64,000 nt of DNA from Candidatus Tenderia sp. (GCA_031416075.1 JANOSY010000091.1:46237-110236); one strand, 5' to 3'; positions 1 to 10,751 are shown, numbered from the stretch's first letter. The notes: generated by a model not told the origin, from the sequence alone. Translations and numbers: made by a program.

Positions 1-34
1 CCCGAAAGCGTTGCCCGACCAGAACCGCATAACG

Positions 35-57
35 AAAAAACCCCGCATCAAGCGGGG
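35..57 (-). terminator. Intrinsic terminator downstream of the TraF-like gene
   Basis: A6 (35-40) then CCCCGC-atcaa-GCGGGG hairpin; reads hairpin + U tract on the minus strand. Confidence 0.75.
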
Positions 58-81
58 TCTGTTTACACCATCAAGCCATTA

Positions 82-1371
82 CTAGAAGCGAAAACCCAGC
101 TGCACAGCTGCCGCAGTCTCGGACTCATTAGCCGCCGCCGCAATATCAATATGCACGCCAAACGGTGAGAGTCCCAAGCCAACCGTCGGCATACTGGTGC
201 TGGAGTCACTCATGTTATGACGATACCCCAGGCGCAACTGGACCGACTTAAAGACATTCAACTCCGCCCCCAAACCGATGTACTGTGTCTCCGCATCAAA
301 ACCAAACGATTCACTCTTGTTCAGATCCACGTCCACAGAGACGGTTGTCCACTCGGCAAAGTGCGCCACCCCTACCCGCGCCTGCGGCGCAATTTTCAGG
401 GTAGCGACCGCCGGAGTGGTCAGGCCGGGGGTCACATATGGCGCGGTATCATACTCATTTGAGATCAGGTTTTTGACCACCATGCCAACCTTCCAGCCGT
501 TGGCGTAATCCTTAGCAATACCGATATCCAAATTAAAGTCGTTGTACTCTTTTTTGCCCTGCTCGGCGTCGATCGAGGCGGTATTGACCCCCATCTTGTA
601 GTCAAACGTACTCACCGATTGGTATTTGGGGGTTATCCCCACCGCAAAACCCTGGCCGACCACCGTAAACTCCCGCGCCAGTGTCAACCCCACTTCCGCA
701 ACAACCGCGCCACGCGCCTGCAGATTTGAGGTGAGCTTTTTTACCACGTCCTGGCCTGCAGCCTGGTCCATGATGTCCGAGTTGGTGGCCAGCGCAATGG
801 CAGAGTTATTGCCATCAGCAATGATTCCATTCACCAGTGTATTATCGGCGGCTGTCACCTCCAGCATGCCCCCCCCCACTACCCGTGCGTTGGTGGAGAG
901 TGAGACCCCTAGCTTTTTACTGGGAATCCCCACCACAAAGCCAGCACTAAACTCCCCTTGCGCCGACTTGTTGGCAAGTTTGTTCAGCTGCGTCCAAAGC
1001 GCCCCGGCCTCCACCGCCACTGCGGCGGCATTGCCATCGGTGGGCATCGCACTAAAAGCATTGATGGCGGCGGTCAGGTTCGACTCCAGATTGTTATTTT
1101 GATAGCTATCAATCTCATCCACCAGGTTGTGCTCATCCATAAACCGCCCGCCGATAATGGGAAGTTCAAGACTGAAGTCATCATCCTGCTGCGTGGCCGC
1201 CAGCAACGCCGGATTCATAAAGGCGGCATTGCCGCTGCTGCCCGCCGCCGTCCCGGTGCCACCCATGGAGAGCGAGCGGGGATCAATCGACTGAAAGGGC
1301 AGTGCTGCCGCCTGCGCAGAAAACAGTACCAGCAGTGGCACCACACTTTTAAACATTGTTTTATGACTCAT
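82..1371 (-). CDS. TraF_2-family (conjugal transfer TraF-like) outer-membrane beta-barrel protein
   Basis: Signal peptide, DPRSLSMGGTG...NPALLA motif, amphipathic C-terminal strands ending in Phe; start moved to MSHKTM. Confidence 0.75.
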   Translation of the reverse strand: MSHKTMFKSVVPLLVLFSAQAAALPFQSIDPRSLSMGGTGTAAGSSGNAAFMNPALLAATQQDDDFSLELPIIGGRFMDEHNLVDEIDSYQNNNLESNLTAAINAFSAMPTDGNAAAVAVEAGALWTQLNKLANKSAQGEFSAGFVVGIPSKKLGVSLSTNARVVGGGMLEVTAADNTLVNGIIADGNNSAIALATNSDIMDQAAGQDVVKKLTSNLQARGAVVAEVGLTLAREFTVVGQGFAVGITPKYQSVSTFDYKMGVNTASIDAEQGKKEYNDFNLDIGIAKDYANGWKVGMVVKNLISNEYDTAPYVTPGLTTPAVATLKIAPQARVGVAHFAEWTTVSVDVDLNKSESFGFDAETQYIGLGAELNVFKSVQLRLGYRHNMSDSSTSMPTVGLGLSPFGVHIDIAAAANESETAAAVQLGFRF

Positions 1372-1454
1372 GAATATAGTTACCTGATTGATAGCCGTGT
1401 CCAGACACATGTACCGGGCTATCGGCACCCGGTAGAGCGGCCTTTAAATCGCCA

Positions 1455-2249
1455 TCAAAAAAAGAGGATTTTTAGCGCTTCACCCGGCTCAGGGGCGCGC
1501 ATAAAGGCCTCCCCCACCAGGAAGGCATTGATGTTATGACTCCGCATAAACTCCACATCCGCCGGGGTATGAATGCCACTCTCTGTTACCACAATCCGGT
1601 CACGGGGGATCTGCTGCAGCAGCTCAGTAGTGGTGGTCAGGCGGGTCTCAAAGGTTCGCAGATCACGGTTATTGATGCCGATCAATTTCATGGGCAGCTT
1701 GAGCGCCCGTGCCAGTTCATGACCATCGTGCACCTCCACCAGCACATCCATCCCTAAGTGGGTCGCCAGCTGGCTCAACTCCAGCAGCATGGTATCGCCC
1801 AGTGCCGCAACAATCAGCAGGATGGCGTCGGCCCCCATCACACGGGCCTCATAAACCTGATAAGGATCAATAATAAAATCCTTGCGGATCACCGGCAGCC
1901 CACACGCACCACGGGCCTGTTTGAGATGCTCTTCATGGCCCTGAAAAAAATCGGCGTCGGTCAGTACTGAGAGGCAAGCCGCACCCCCTTTTTCATAAGA
2001 AACAGCAATCTCGGCGGGACGAAAATTTTCCCGCAGCAACCCCTTGCTGGGTGACGCCTTTTTAATCTCAGCAATCACCGCCGCGCTGCCGTCAGCCAGT
2101 TTTTTTTCAATGGCCGCAACAAAACCACGGGGCGGTGAAGCGGCCTGTGCCAGTAACATCAGCTCACGCAGGGGCAGGCTGCTGCTGCGCTCTACTACCT
2201 CCTCCACCTTGCGTTGCAGGATCTTTTTCAGGATATCGGACTGGCTCAT
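1455..2249 (-). CDS. trpC: Indole-3-glycerol phosphate synthase
   Basis: [40 protein letters not shown] motifs. Confidence 0.98.
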   Translation of the reverse strand: MSQSDILKKILQRKVEEVVERSSSLPLRELMLLAQAASPPRGFVAAIEKKLADGSAAVIAEIKKASPSKGLLRENFRPAEIAVSYEKGGAACLSVLTDADFFQGHEEHLKQARGACGLPVIRKDFIIDPYQVYEARVMGADAILLIVAALGDTMLLELSQLATHLGMDVLVEVHDGHELARALKLPMKLIGINNRDLRTFETRLTTTTELLQQIPRDRIVVTESGIHTPADVEFMRSHNINAFLVGEAFMRAPEPGEALKILFF

Positions 2250-3286
2250 GTTATCTGTTTTCCAGAGAGTTGCTGACTCAGCGCCACCAACGCATCAAGT
2301 TTGGCACGGGCCGCCCCTGATGCAATGACCTCAACGGCACGTTGAACACCAGCGGCCAGGGTCTCGGCAAGCCCCGCTACGTAGATCGCGGCACCGGCAT
2401 TCAGGACAACGATGTCACGCGCTGGCCCCGCCTGGTTGGCAAACACTGCTTTGATCATCGCCAGACTACTCGCCGCCCCGTCTACCGCCAGGGTAGTGAT
2501 GCTGGCGCGACTCATACCAAACTGTTCGGGCGTGAGGGTATGGCGTATCACCTCCCCCCCCTTCAACTCAGCCACCTGAGTCGCTGCACCGATACTGATC
2601 TCATCCATGCCGTCGTCAGAGTGCACCACCAATACGTGACGGCTGCCAAGCCGCGCCAGCACCTCGGCCAACGGCATTAGCCAGCGTTCGCTGAATACAC
2701 CCAGCACCTGATTCGGAGCAGCGGCTGGATTGGTCAGTGGCCCCAGCACATTAAAAAGGGTCCGCACCCCCATTTCACGCCGCACGCTCGCGGTATATTT
2801 CATGGCACCGTGATGTTTAGGCGCGAACATAAAACCAACCCCGATCTGCTCAACACACTGCGCCACCTGCGCGGCGGTTAGCTCAAGGCAGACCCCCGCC
2901 GCCTCCAGCACATCGGCACTGCCAGACTTGCTTGAGATAGAGCGGTTGCCATGTTTGGCCACCTGACCGCCGGCCGCCGCCACCACAAAGGCGCTGGCGG
3001 TAGAGATATTAAAGGTTGCAGAACCATCCCCACCCGTACCACAGGTATCCACCAGGTGCTGACAACCACCCCCTATCTGTACCGGTGTTGCCAACGCCCG
3101 CATCACCCCAACGGCGGCGGCAATCTCATCCACCGTCTCGCCCTTCATTCGCAGTCCGATCAGAAAGCCCCCCATCTGCGCCGGGGTGGCTGCGCCACTC
3201 ATGATTAAACCCATCACCTCAGCCATCTCCGTGGCACTCAGGTCGTGCCCCTCGGTAACGGCGTAGATGGCGGCTTGCATATCCAT
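2246..3286 (-). CDS. trpD: Anthranilate phosphoribosyltransferase
   Basis: [32 protein letters not shown] motifs. Confidence 0.98.
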   Translation of the reverse strand: MDMQAAIYAVTEGHDLSATEMAEVMGLIMSGAATPAQMGGFLIGLRMKGETVDEIAAAVGVMRALATPVQIGGGCQHLVDTCGTGGDGSATFNISTASAFVVAAAGGQVAKHGNRSISSKSGSADVLEAAGVCLELTAAQVAQCVEQIGVGFMFAPKHHGAMKYTASVRREMGVRTLFNVLGPLTNPAAAPNQVLGVFSERWLMPLAEVLARLGSRHVLVVHSDDGMDEISIGAATQVAELKGGEVIRHTLTPEQFGMSRASITTLAVDGAASSLAMIKAVFANQAGPARDIVVLNAGAAIYVAGLAETLAAGVQRAVEVIASGAARAKLDALVALSQQLSGKQIT

Positions 3287-3352
3287 AACGTATCCCTTTT
3301 GGTGTTTTATATTTTTTTAGAACCTACAACAGCGGCGGGGGCGTGTTCAATC

Positions 3353-3688
3353 TCAGGGCCTTGCCTCAAGCTCTATGGTCATCACTGCATGTTTCAGGGT
3401 GCTACCACGCTCGGCGCGGCAACTGACCTGCGCCGTTGTATCCTCAACACGCCATTCACCTTGTACAACAATGCTACGCCCCTCATCCCACCAGGAGGCC
3501 GTCCAATTATACGGGGTGATATTTCGCTCTTTAAAATAGTAGGCCGATTTTTTCTTGCACCACACCTTGACCACTGCCGAGCTATCAACGTGCTGCTTTT
3601 CGTCATCGTCCACATCGGTCGCGACTACTTGAGTCGTGACCACACATAACGACAGGCCAATGGCCAACCACAATGAGCGATGTATCAT
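3353..3688 (-). CDS. Small secreted hypothetical protein with two mature Cys
   Basis: Signal peptide; ATGA overlap with trpG stop; fills the trpG-trpD gap. Confidence 0.7.
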   Translation of the reverse strand: MIHRSLWLAIGLSLCVVTTQVVATDVDDDEKQHVDSSAVVKVWCKKKSAYYFKERNITPYNWTASWWDEGRSIVVQGEWRVEDTTAQVSCRAERGSTLKHAVMTIELEARP

Positions 3689-4278
3689 GCGGGCTGCCTG
3701 TCCTGTTCCAGAAAGTTACGCAACAATTGGTGGCCATGCTGGGTCAAGATCGATTCAGGATGGAACTGCACCCCTTCTAGGGCGAGTGTTCTGTGGCGCA
3801 CCCCCATGATTTCATCAACACCACCATCAGCCATCTCTGTCCAGGCGGTAATCTCCAGACACTCAGGCAATGTCTCCCGCTCAATCACCAGCGAGTGGTA
3901 ACGGGTCGCCTCAAACGGGTTATCCAACCCGTTAAAAACACCGATGTTATTGTGTCTTACTGGCGATGTCTTACCATGCATGATCTGTTTGGCGTGCACC
4001 ACCTTGCCGCCAAAGGCTTGGCCAATCGCCTGATGGCCAAGGCAAACCCCCAGGATGGGCAGCTTACCGGCAAAGTAGTTAATGGCGGCAACTGAAATAC
4101 CCGCCTCGTTGGGCGTGCATGGCCCGGGGGAGATCACCAGATGTGCGGGGGCCAACCGCTCTATCTCTTCGATGGTGATCTGGTCATTACGATGGACCTG
4201 CACATCGGCACCCAACTCACCAAAATACTGCACTAGGTTGTAGGTGAAGGAGTCATAGTTATCAATCATCAGCAACAT
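3685..4278 (-). CDS. trpG: Anthranilate synthase component II (glutamine amidotransferase)
   Basis: [29 protein letters not shown]. Confidence 0.96.
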   Translation of the reverse strand: MLLMIDNYDSFTYNLVQYFGELGADVQVHRNDQITIEEIERLAPAHLVISPGPCTPNEAGISVAAINYFAGKLPILGVCLGHQAIGQAFGGKVVHAKQIMHGKTSPVRHNNIGVFNGLDNPFEATRYHSLVIERETLPECLEITAWTEMADGGVDEIMGVRHRTLALEGVQFHPESILTQHGHQLLRNFLEQDRQPA

Positions 4279-4315
4279 TGTTTATTCACCCCTGGCCAAC
4301 TAAATTTAGCGGCAC

Positions 4316-4324
4316 ATTCTACCA
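4316..4324 (-). promoter_or_regulatory. Possible extended -10 promoter (TGGTAGAAT) for trpG-trpD-trpC
   Basis: TG-n-TAGAAT about 38 bp upstream of trpG; an internal promoter is expected because trpE is terminated upstream. Confidence 0.4.
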
Positions 4325-4465
4325 TGAAAAATAAAACCGCCACTCCAAAGCCACTATGATCGCCCGCCCCATTTGGGGGCCATTTGCTCCCCCGCACCAC
4401 AACTACCCCACTAAAAAAAGCTATGCTACACTCGCCCGCGACATTCAGATGATGATGACTCTTCA

Positions 4466-7400
4466 TTGACGTCCACTCACCAAGCCACCGGTACCATTAC
4501 AAGAGACGGAAGAATACTTTTGGAATTGCGTCACCGTCCCAGCCCTTTCATCAGCCGCGTCGCCGCCAGTCTACTGGCACTTGTTCTATCGTTTAGCGCC
4601 GTCAACGTTTATGCCGAGCCATTCAGCGAGTATGACCTACTCCTGCTCGACTTCACCCTGGAACGTGAGCGTTTAGCCCAATCCGTCACCGCCTATACTG
4701 TTAACAACACCATAGTGGTTTCACTGGCCGAGGCCGCCGCTGCCCTGGAGTTCCCTATCGCTGTTGATGCCGCTAACGGCACCGCAAAGGGATGGTTTCT
4801 AAACAGGGAGCGCCATTTTGAACTCAACATCAACGCTGGCACAGTCACCATTGAAGGCAAAACAACTGCCTTAACACCCGGCGACGCCATGGTTCATGAA
4901 GATGCCATATATGTCCCACTCGAGGCGTTTTCCCGTTGGTTTCCGGCAACCCTTATACCGGAGCTTACCAAAATGGCCGTTGAGGTTGAGGCGCGGGAGC
5001 CGCTCCCCATCCAGCATCGCGCAGAACGTCGCAAGCTGGCCGGCACACGCTTCATTATGACAGCAGCATCACTCCCTGAAATAGGGCTGCCCTACCAACT
5101 AATTGGCCCTCACACCACCGATCTGGCATTGGCATACAACATTCGCCGCAATGCCGACACCAATAGCTCGCCCGATGCCAGCCTAAACCACTCGATGCTG
5201 ATACGTGGCGAACTTGCTTACATGAATTCCGCCATCTACCTGAATGGTAACGACACAAAGCCTGTGAGCCAGGCCCGCCTGACCCTGTCACGCGACCGGC
5301 CTGACACACCAACCGGCATCAGCCGAATAGAGTTCGGCGATATTTCGCCATCGGTACTCTCGGGTGCCCCCCAAACCGATATAGAGCGCGGCGTGCTGAT
5401 CAGAGGCTCCACTTTCCAGGATGCATACCTCTACAATCTCGACGGCACCAAAACAAACATCAGCGGCGACATCCTGCCCGGCTGGGAAGTAGAATTACTG
5501 CATAACGGCATACGTGTTGATTACCAGATCATCGGCCCTGAAGGTCGTTATGACTTTCGCGACCTGGATCTTTACAGTGGCGCCAATACCTTTGAGCTAA
5601 TTTTCTATGGCCTTGCCGGTGAACGACGCACGGAAATCGTCACTCGCTACGCCGGAGTGGACACCATCCGCGAAGGTAACCTCAGTTATCAACTCACCGC
5701 CTCGCAAAAGGGAAAATCACTTTACGAAACCGGATTAAATCCAATTAACAATCTGCCTGATCGAGGCACAGGGCGTTACACCGCACGAATGGATTATGGC
5801 CTCTCTGGCAATCTATCCGTTCGTAGCGGTTGGAATAGCACTGTCGAAAACGATGAACGGCTAAACTACTACAGCGCCGGATTTCGCACCGGTTGGCGCG
5901 ACCTTTATCTAATCCTCGACGCCACACGCGACCCCCTGGGGGGTACCATTTGGGACGGGGCAGTTCACACGCCAGTCACCATGCGTCTGTGGGGATTTAA
6001 TACCCAGTTTCAACACACCCAGTACGCCAACTCTGTCCTCGCCAAAGACAATACCACTGATCTCCAGATCACAAGCCGCAGCGCTGTTGTGTTAACCAGG
6101 GCCAGCAGAAAACTCTCCAGCCGTTTTGCCGCTGCCCACAACCAGCTCACCCTCGGCTCGACCACGATCTATTCCGCCGACCTAAGCACAAATATCAATA
6201 CTCACCGCATCGGCAACACCCTTAACTATCAAAATTTCAATAACCCGAACACCCCAGATCAACCCGCAGAGTTCATCGGCAACCTCTACCTCAACAGCAG
6301 ACTTAACCCCTTTGATATACGCGGCAACATCCTCTATCAGCTCCAACCCAAAAATGAACCCCTGCAATACCAACTCAAAGCAGACCTGCGCATTTCTCAG
6401 GACATGGGCATGTATTTTGGGCTGGACTACACCCCGCTCACTGACCTCACACTCTATACCTCAGGGCTGAACTGGCAACTCAAATACCTCACCCTCTCAC
6501 CACGACTCAACTATGATTCCAATAGCAACTACACCGGATTTATTTACGCCAGCACATCACTGTCCCCCAAACCTGACCGTTTGGGCGTCTTGGTTAGCGG
6601 CCAATCCATGGCCAATAACGGCGGCGTGGCCGCGCGTGTCTTTGTCGATAATGACAACAACAACAAATTCAACCCAGGTGACACACCGATCCCCCATGTT
6701 GATGTCTACGCCTCTCAAGCATTCAGCCACGCAACAACCGATAAACACGGCACCGCCTACCTGACTGCGCTACGCCCTGGCAAGGCCACCGACATTCGTC
6801 TCGATCAAGGCACGCTACCCAACATATCGCTGATCTCCAACCACGCCGGCAACTCGGTACAACCACGCCCGGCCCGTTGGGCAGTGGTCGATTTTCCCGT
6901 CATTGCCAGTGGCGAGATCGACGGCACACTCTACCAGCGGCGCGACAATACGCTCCGCCCCCAGCCCGGCATGTTGGTAGAGCTGCGTGATGTCAATAAC
7001 GAGGTGGCTGCCTTCAAGATTAGTGGCCGCGATGGTTTTTTCCTCTTCGAACAAGTCCCCCTGGGTGCCTATACCGTCACACTCGCTGAAGAGGCCCGCG
7101 ACCGTCTGACCTCTCCACCCGCCCACGTCAAACTAAGCCAGGAAACCCCCAGCCAAACGGGCATCGAACTTGTTCTATCAGCGCCAAAAGCCGCCCAGGC
7201 AACGCTGTTTCCCACGCAAAAAAACCGTGTATTTGTACCCACCACCCAGCAAACAACACCAGCCCCCACACTCAACAACCCTGCTAAGGCAGCCCCTACA
7301 GCGCCCATAACCACTCTGGCCACCTCCTACGTGCTACAGCTGGGTGCATTTAACAGCCAAGCCTCAGCAGCGGCAGCATCAACAGAGCTACGTCAGCGTT

Positions 7401-7588
7401 ACAACAACCTGCTACAGGGGCTGGAGATGCAAATCGAACGCGCCGACCTAGGCCCCAAGGGGGTGTTTTACCGTGTATTTGCCCGCGGCAACATGGATGC
7501 AAACGAAGCAAAGGCACGCTGTAACCAACTGGGTACGCGTGGCCAGAACTGTCTGGTGGCCCCACACAGAAATACAGCAACGCCTTAA
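4466..7588 (+). CDS. Usher-like outer-membrane protein with C-terminal Ig-like (Cna-B/SdrD-like) domains and SPOR domain
   Basis: Signal peptide; plug-like GDILPGWEVELLHNG...GANTFELIFYG; Tyr-rich beta strands; ARVFVDNDNNNKFNPGD; SPOR YVLQLGAF...GVFYRV...C..L...C; next to chaperone and pilins; start uncertain (TTG). Confidence 0.78.
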   Translation: MTSTHQATGTITRDGRILLELRHRPSPFISRVAASLLALVLSFSAVNVYAEPFSEYDLLLLDFTLERERLAQSVTAYTVNNTIVVSLAEAAAALEFPIAVDAANGTAKGWFLNRERHFELNINAGTVTIEGKTTALTPGDAMVHEDAIYVPLEAFSRWFPATLIPELTKMAVEVEAREPLPIQHRAERRKLAGTRFIMTAASLPEIGLPYQLIGPHTTDLALAYNIRRNADTNSSPDASLNHSMLIRGELAYMNSAIYLNGNDTKPVSQARLTLSRDRPDTPTGISRIEFGDISPSVLSGAPQTDIERGVLIRGSTFQDAYLYNLDGTKTNISGDILPGWEVELLHNGIRVDYQIIGPEGRYDFRDLDLYSGANTFELIFYGLAGERRTEIVTRYAGVDTIREGNLSYQLTASQKGKSLYETGLNPINNLPDRGTGRYTARMDYGLSGNLSVRSGWNSTVENDERLNYYSAGFRTGWRDLYLILDATRDPLGGTIWDGAVHTPVTMRLWGFNTQFQHTQYANSVLAKDNTTDLQITSRSAVVLTRASRKLSSRFAAAHNQLTLGSTTIYSADLSTNINTHRIGNTLNYQNFNNPNTPDQPAEFIGNLYLNSRLNPFDIRGNILYQLQPKNEPLQYQLKADLRISQDMGMYFGLDYTPLTDLTLYTSGLNWQLKYLTLSPRLNYDSNSNYTGFIYASTSLSPKPDRLGVLVSGQSMANNGGVAARVFVDNDNNNKFNPGDTPIPHVDVYASQAFSHATTDKHGTAYLTALRPGKATDIRLDQGTLPNISLISNHAGNSVQPRPARWAVVDFPVIASGEIDGTLYQRRDNTLRPQPGMLVELRDVNNEVAAFKISGRDGFFLFEQVPLGAYTVTLAEEARDRLTSPPAHVKLSQETPSQTGIELVLSAPKAAQATLFPTQKNRVFVPTTQQTTPAPTLNNPAKAAPTAPITTLATSYVLQLGAFNSQASAAAASTELRQRYNNLLQGLEMQIERADLGPKGVFYRVFARGNMDANEAKARCNQLGTRGQNCLVAPHRNTATP

Positions 7589-7881
7589 CTCATCGCTGCC
7601 CCACCAGACGCTACGGCTTAGCTCAACCATTTGAGTAATCCGCCCCTGACATGACGAGCTCGCCATCATAAAGTATCTGCCCCAAGGGACGCTTGGGGCA
7701 CAATGTGCTTTGGATACAGAAAAGTTATTTACGCCCCCCCCTAAAGTTATCCTCACAACCGCCGAATTAACCCCTAGCACGCCTGATCCCTGACAAGAAC
7801 ATATGGGACAGCACATCTCCGGCTAACAATGGATTCAGTGAACGTCGGTGACAAATATAATCATTCCAGAGATCTCCAGTC

Positions 7882-8577
7882 ATGAAACCTAGCCAGTCAA
7901 AAGTAAACAACAGCTTCCCCCTGCTCGCCATTGCCACATTGTGCCTGACCGCAGCCACACCCGTAACACAGGCAGCAGAGGAGTCCGCGGGTGGGGTTCG
8001 CTCTTTTTTATCTGACCCCCAACGGGTAGGCTCGCTGACCGGCACTATCCTCGGCGGTGCCCTGACAGCTCATCCAATCGGGACACTGGCAGGCAGCATA
8101 ATCGGCTTTTTTATCGGCAAAGAGACCATGCACAAAGACCCCGAGCAGCAACAGCCCGCTCAATATAGCTATGCTCAGCGCAGCTTCATTCCAACAACAA
8201 CTAAAGAGTCCGCAATCCCCATGTTGGCCTTAGAGACATCGACCCCGGCAACAATGGCGCTACCAGCACCTGTAACCACCTTGATCACATCAGCACCACC
8301 AGCCACCCACGTTGCCTCCGCAACTCAGAACAAATCACCGTCAATACCAGTAACGGCAGCTCCACCTGCTGTAGCTGTATCACTTCTATCACCACCAACA
8401 ATGAATACCGACCTACGCTCAATCGAAACAGTGACCATGGCGATGGACTATGTCCCTACAGCAAACAAGCTATCGCCGCTGGAACAGATCGCCTCCCTCT
8501 GCTACGGCAATAGTGGGCAAATCAAAACCAGTAACCCCGACCTGCAGTCACTCTGCTACTACCACCAGTCCAGCTAA
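7882..8577 (+). CDS. Secreted glycine-zipper protein with Pro/Thr/Ala-rich linker and C-terminal Cys pair
   Basis: Signal peptide; GSLTGTILGGALTAHPIGTLAGSIIGFFIG; CY...CYY. Confidence 0.7.
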   Translation: MKPSQSKVNNSFPLLAIATLCLTAATPVTQAAEESAGGVRSFLSDPQRVGSLTGTILGGALTAHPIGTLAGSIIGFFIGKETMHKDPEQQQPAQYSYAQRSFIPTTTKESAIPMLALETSTPATMALPAPVTTLITSAPPATHVASATQNKSPSIPVTAAPPAVAVSLLSPPTMNTDLRSIETVTMAMDYVPTANKLSPLEQIASLCYGNSGQIKTSNPDLQSLCYYHQSS

Positions 8578-8776
8578 ATTCGCAAACGTAATAGCAGGGG
8601 CTGATCTTCAGCATCGGCTAACTCGACCCACTTAAAACTTGTGTATTTATAGAAGCCACAGCCCTGCAAGAGAGCAATTAGGTGACGGGATAAATGGGGC
8701 ATCAGCCGCCATTATGTGAGGGCATAAAGAGATAACATTTTACAACGCGCTGACCACCTGAAAGTGCGGGTTTATC

Positions 8777-9796
8777 TCAGTAGGTCACCGTTAAAGAGTA
8801 GGTGCCGCTATAGGCACCATTCAAATACGCCTTATTGGTGAGTTCTGTCTCCAGCGTAGCGCCAACTTTAATTTGCAGCTCACCCATAGCATCGGTTCTG
8901 GCACCCGGAGAATTGGGGGAGGTGACAAAACTTTTCACCACAAAACGCGCCGCACTTAACCCCTCTGCCACATGGGTAAGAAATATATCTGTTGCCTGAG
9001 GGGTAATCGTCACCACATTATTGGGTGCCGCGCCGGTGACTCGAATCAAACCAATCTGCGCCCCACCCAGAGGCAAAATACGCGCCCCCCCCGAGTTCGC
9101 CACACTAAGCGCGCCGTTCACCCCTAACGTCATGCTGGCGACCACACCAGGGTTGGAAAATGCCGCAATCAAACCAAAAGAGAGCGGCTGTGCCTCTGTA
9201 ACGCTGAAGACAGACTGCAGTTGCGCAACCAGTGTCACCACGCCATAGTGGATCAAATAACCACCATCCGGCTCCGACCAGTAACGCACACGCACCTGGG
9301 TTGTTCCACTGTAGGGGGCATCCACATACATAATGCCACTGGCACTGGTCTTAAGCGTCGCCCCCACCGGCACCACCGCCTCGCCAAAGGCATCCGCCGC
9401 CAACGTTGGATTGACGTAGTTGGTCACCTGAAGATGCTCCGGCAGACCACCGCCGCCAGCACTCAAGGTCGCATTATCCCATTGCAGCTCCAGCAATACA
9501 CCCGGCGGGAATCCAGACAACCGGTACTGGCCACGGACAGCACCTCCCATCGGGATAATTTCACCCGTATTGCTCACAGCACCTGCTGAGGAGATCGTTA
9601 GAGTAGAGACAACGCCATTTGTCTTAACCGCTAACAGACCAAAATTTAACGGCACATTCGCCGTCACGGCCGGTGCTGCAGAGACGCTGACAGAAACAGA
9701 CAGCAGCAGCAACGCCGTCACTTTGCACAACCAACTCGGCATCCACCCACTAATCACGCCCTGCTCCTCTGTGCTTTTATTTAACATCCGTATCAT
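8777..9796 (-). CDS. Two-domain DUF4402-type fimbrial subunit (putative tip adhesin)
   Basis: Two internal repeats, each PL(N/S)FGL(L/I)A...VGATL.T...Y...YSGT; ends YSGTYSLTVTY. Confidence 0.78.
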   Translation of the reverse strand: MIRMLNKSTEEQGVISGWMPSWLCKVTALLLLSVSVSVSAAPAVTANVPLNFGLLAVKTNGVVSTLTISSAGAVSNTGEIIPMGGAVRGQYRLSGFPPGVLLELQWDNATLSAGGGGLPEHLQVTNYVNPTLAADAFGEAVVPVGATLKTSASGIMYVDAPYSGTTQVRVRYWSEPDGGYLIHYGVVTLVAQLQSVFSVTEAQPLSFGLIAAFSNPGVVASMTLGVNGALSVANSGGARILPLGGAQIGLIRVTGAAPNNVVTITPQATDIFLTHVAEGLSAARFVVKSFVTSPNSPGARTDAMGELQIKVGATLETELTNKAYLNGAYSGTYSLTVTY

Positions 9797-9816
9797 CAGG
9801 CAATACTGTTTATAAC

Positions 9817-9845
9817 AAACAAAACAGGGGCCCCAAGGCCCCTGT
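9817..9845 (-). terminator. Intrinsic terminator between major pilin and adhesin
   Basis: ACAGGGGCC-ccaa-GGCCCCTGT with an A-rich tract on its left. Confidence 0.7.
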
Positions 9846-9875
9846 GCATCTCTTTCAAACCACTTCTATTATCTA

Positions 9876-10571
9876 TTAATAATTGGCGGTCACAGTGAAA
9901 CTTCCTGAATAAGTGGTTGGCTGATAAGCGGTATTACCACTAGAAATATCGGTAAGAATGGTCGCGCCGATTTTAAAATTCAACGCAGTGGAACCAAAAG
10001 CAGGGGTAATCTGACAGGCATATAGCGCATCAACAACATTAGTGCACAGGCTATTTGCTGTGCCTCCGGTAACAGTCCCCACCGTAAACTGGGCCAACTG
10101 GAACTTGGCCACAGATGGATCAGCAGCCGAAACCAATACCAGGTTGCTGCCCGTAAGCGCACCGATATTTGTGCCAAAGGTAGCGGCACCTAACGCCACG
10201 GTACTCACCTCTGCACCCGGTAGTGTCAGCGTGACAGGAGTGGTCGAACTGACCGCAATAGTAGCCGAAGCAGGCACATGCCCACCCAGGGCGATCAATG
10301 GTTTATCAGCTGCGCTGCCCGGAACATGGGCCCCAACCGTACCGGCTGGACTCAAAACCAATGCCCCATAAGTCTCACCCGCGACCCCTGATGCTGTGTT
10401 GGCGTACAAGGTACCCAGATTCATGCCGACAATATTAGTAATGGCAACAGTAGTCTGCACAGTGGCAGTGACCGGAAATGATTCTGCTGACACCGCCCCA
10501 CTCATGGCCATGCTCAACATGGCCACTGAAGCTGCGATAGATGTCTTGCGGAAAGAAAAATTCATGCTCAT
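9876..10571 (-). CDS. DUF4402-type major fimbrial subunit
   Basis: Signal peptide; N-terminal alternating strand ESFPVTATVQ; MNLGT; IGATI; ends YSGSFTVTANY. Confidence 0.8.
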   Translation of the reverse strand: MSMNFSFRKTSIAASVAMLSMAMSGAVSAESFPVTATVQTTVAITNIVGMNLGTLYANTASGVAGETYGALVLSPAGTVGAHVPGSAADKPLIALGGHVPASATIAVSSTTPVTLTLPGAEVSTVALGAATFGTNIGALTGSNLVLVSAADPSVAKFQLAQFTVGTVTGGTANSLCTNVVDALYACQITPAFGSTALNFKIGATILTDISSGNTAYQPTTYSGSFTVTANY

Positions 10572-10614
10572 GGTGTTGCTCCATCATTCATTCTTAATTG
10601 TTGTATGTAACGGA

Positions 10615-10698
10615 TATTTATTATTTATTATTTATTATTTATTATTTATTATTTATTATTTATTATTTATTATTTATTATTTATTATTTATTATTTAT
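10615..10698. repeat. Perfect heptanucleotide tandem repeat (TATTTAT)12
   Basis: 84 bp, 12 exact copies counted directly. Confidence 0.98.
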
Positions 10699-10751
10699 AA
10701 ATTCACCGTTTCCGAGAATGATATCGCCTCACTGTTCTGAATCTTTAAAAA

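Noticed and set aside
82-1371. TraF-like gene as evidence of a conjugative element
   Set aside because: No relaxase, T4SS or integrase genes in the window
10615-10698. Repeat as a CRISPR array
   Set aside because: Contiguous 7-mers with no spacers and no cas genes
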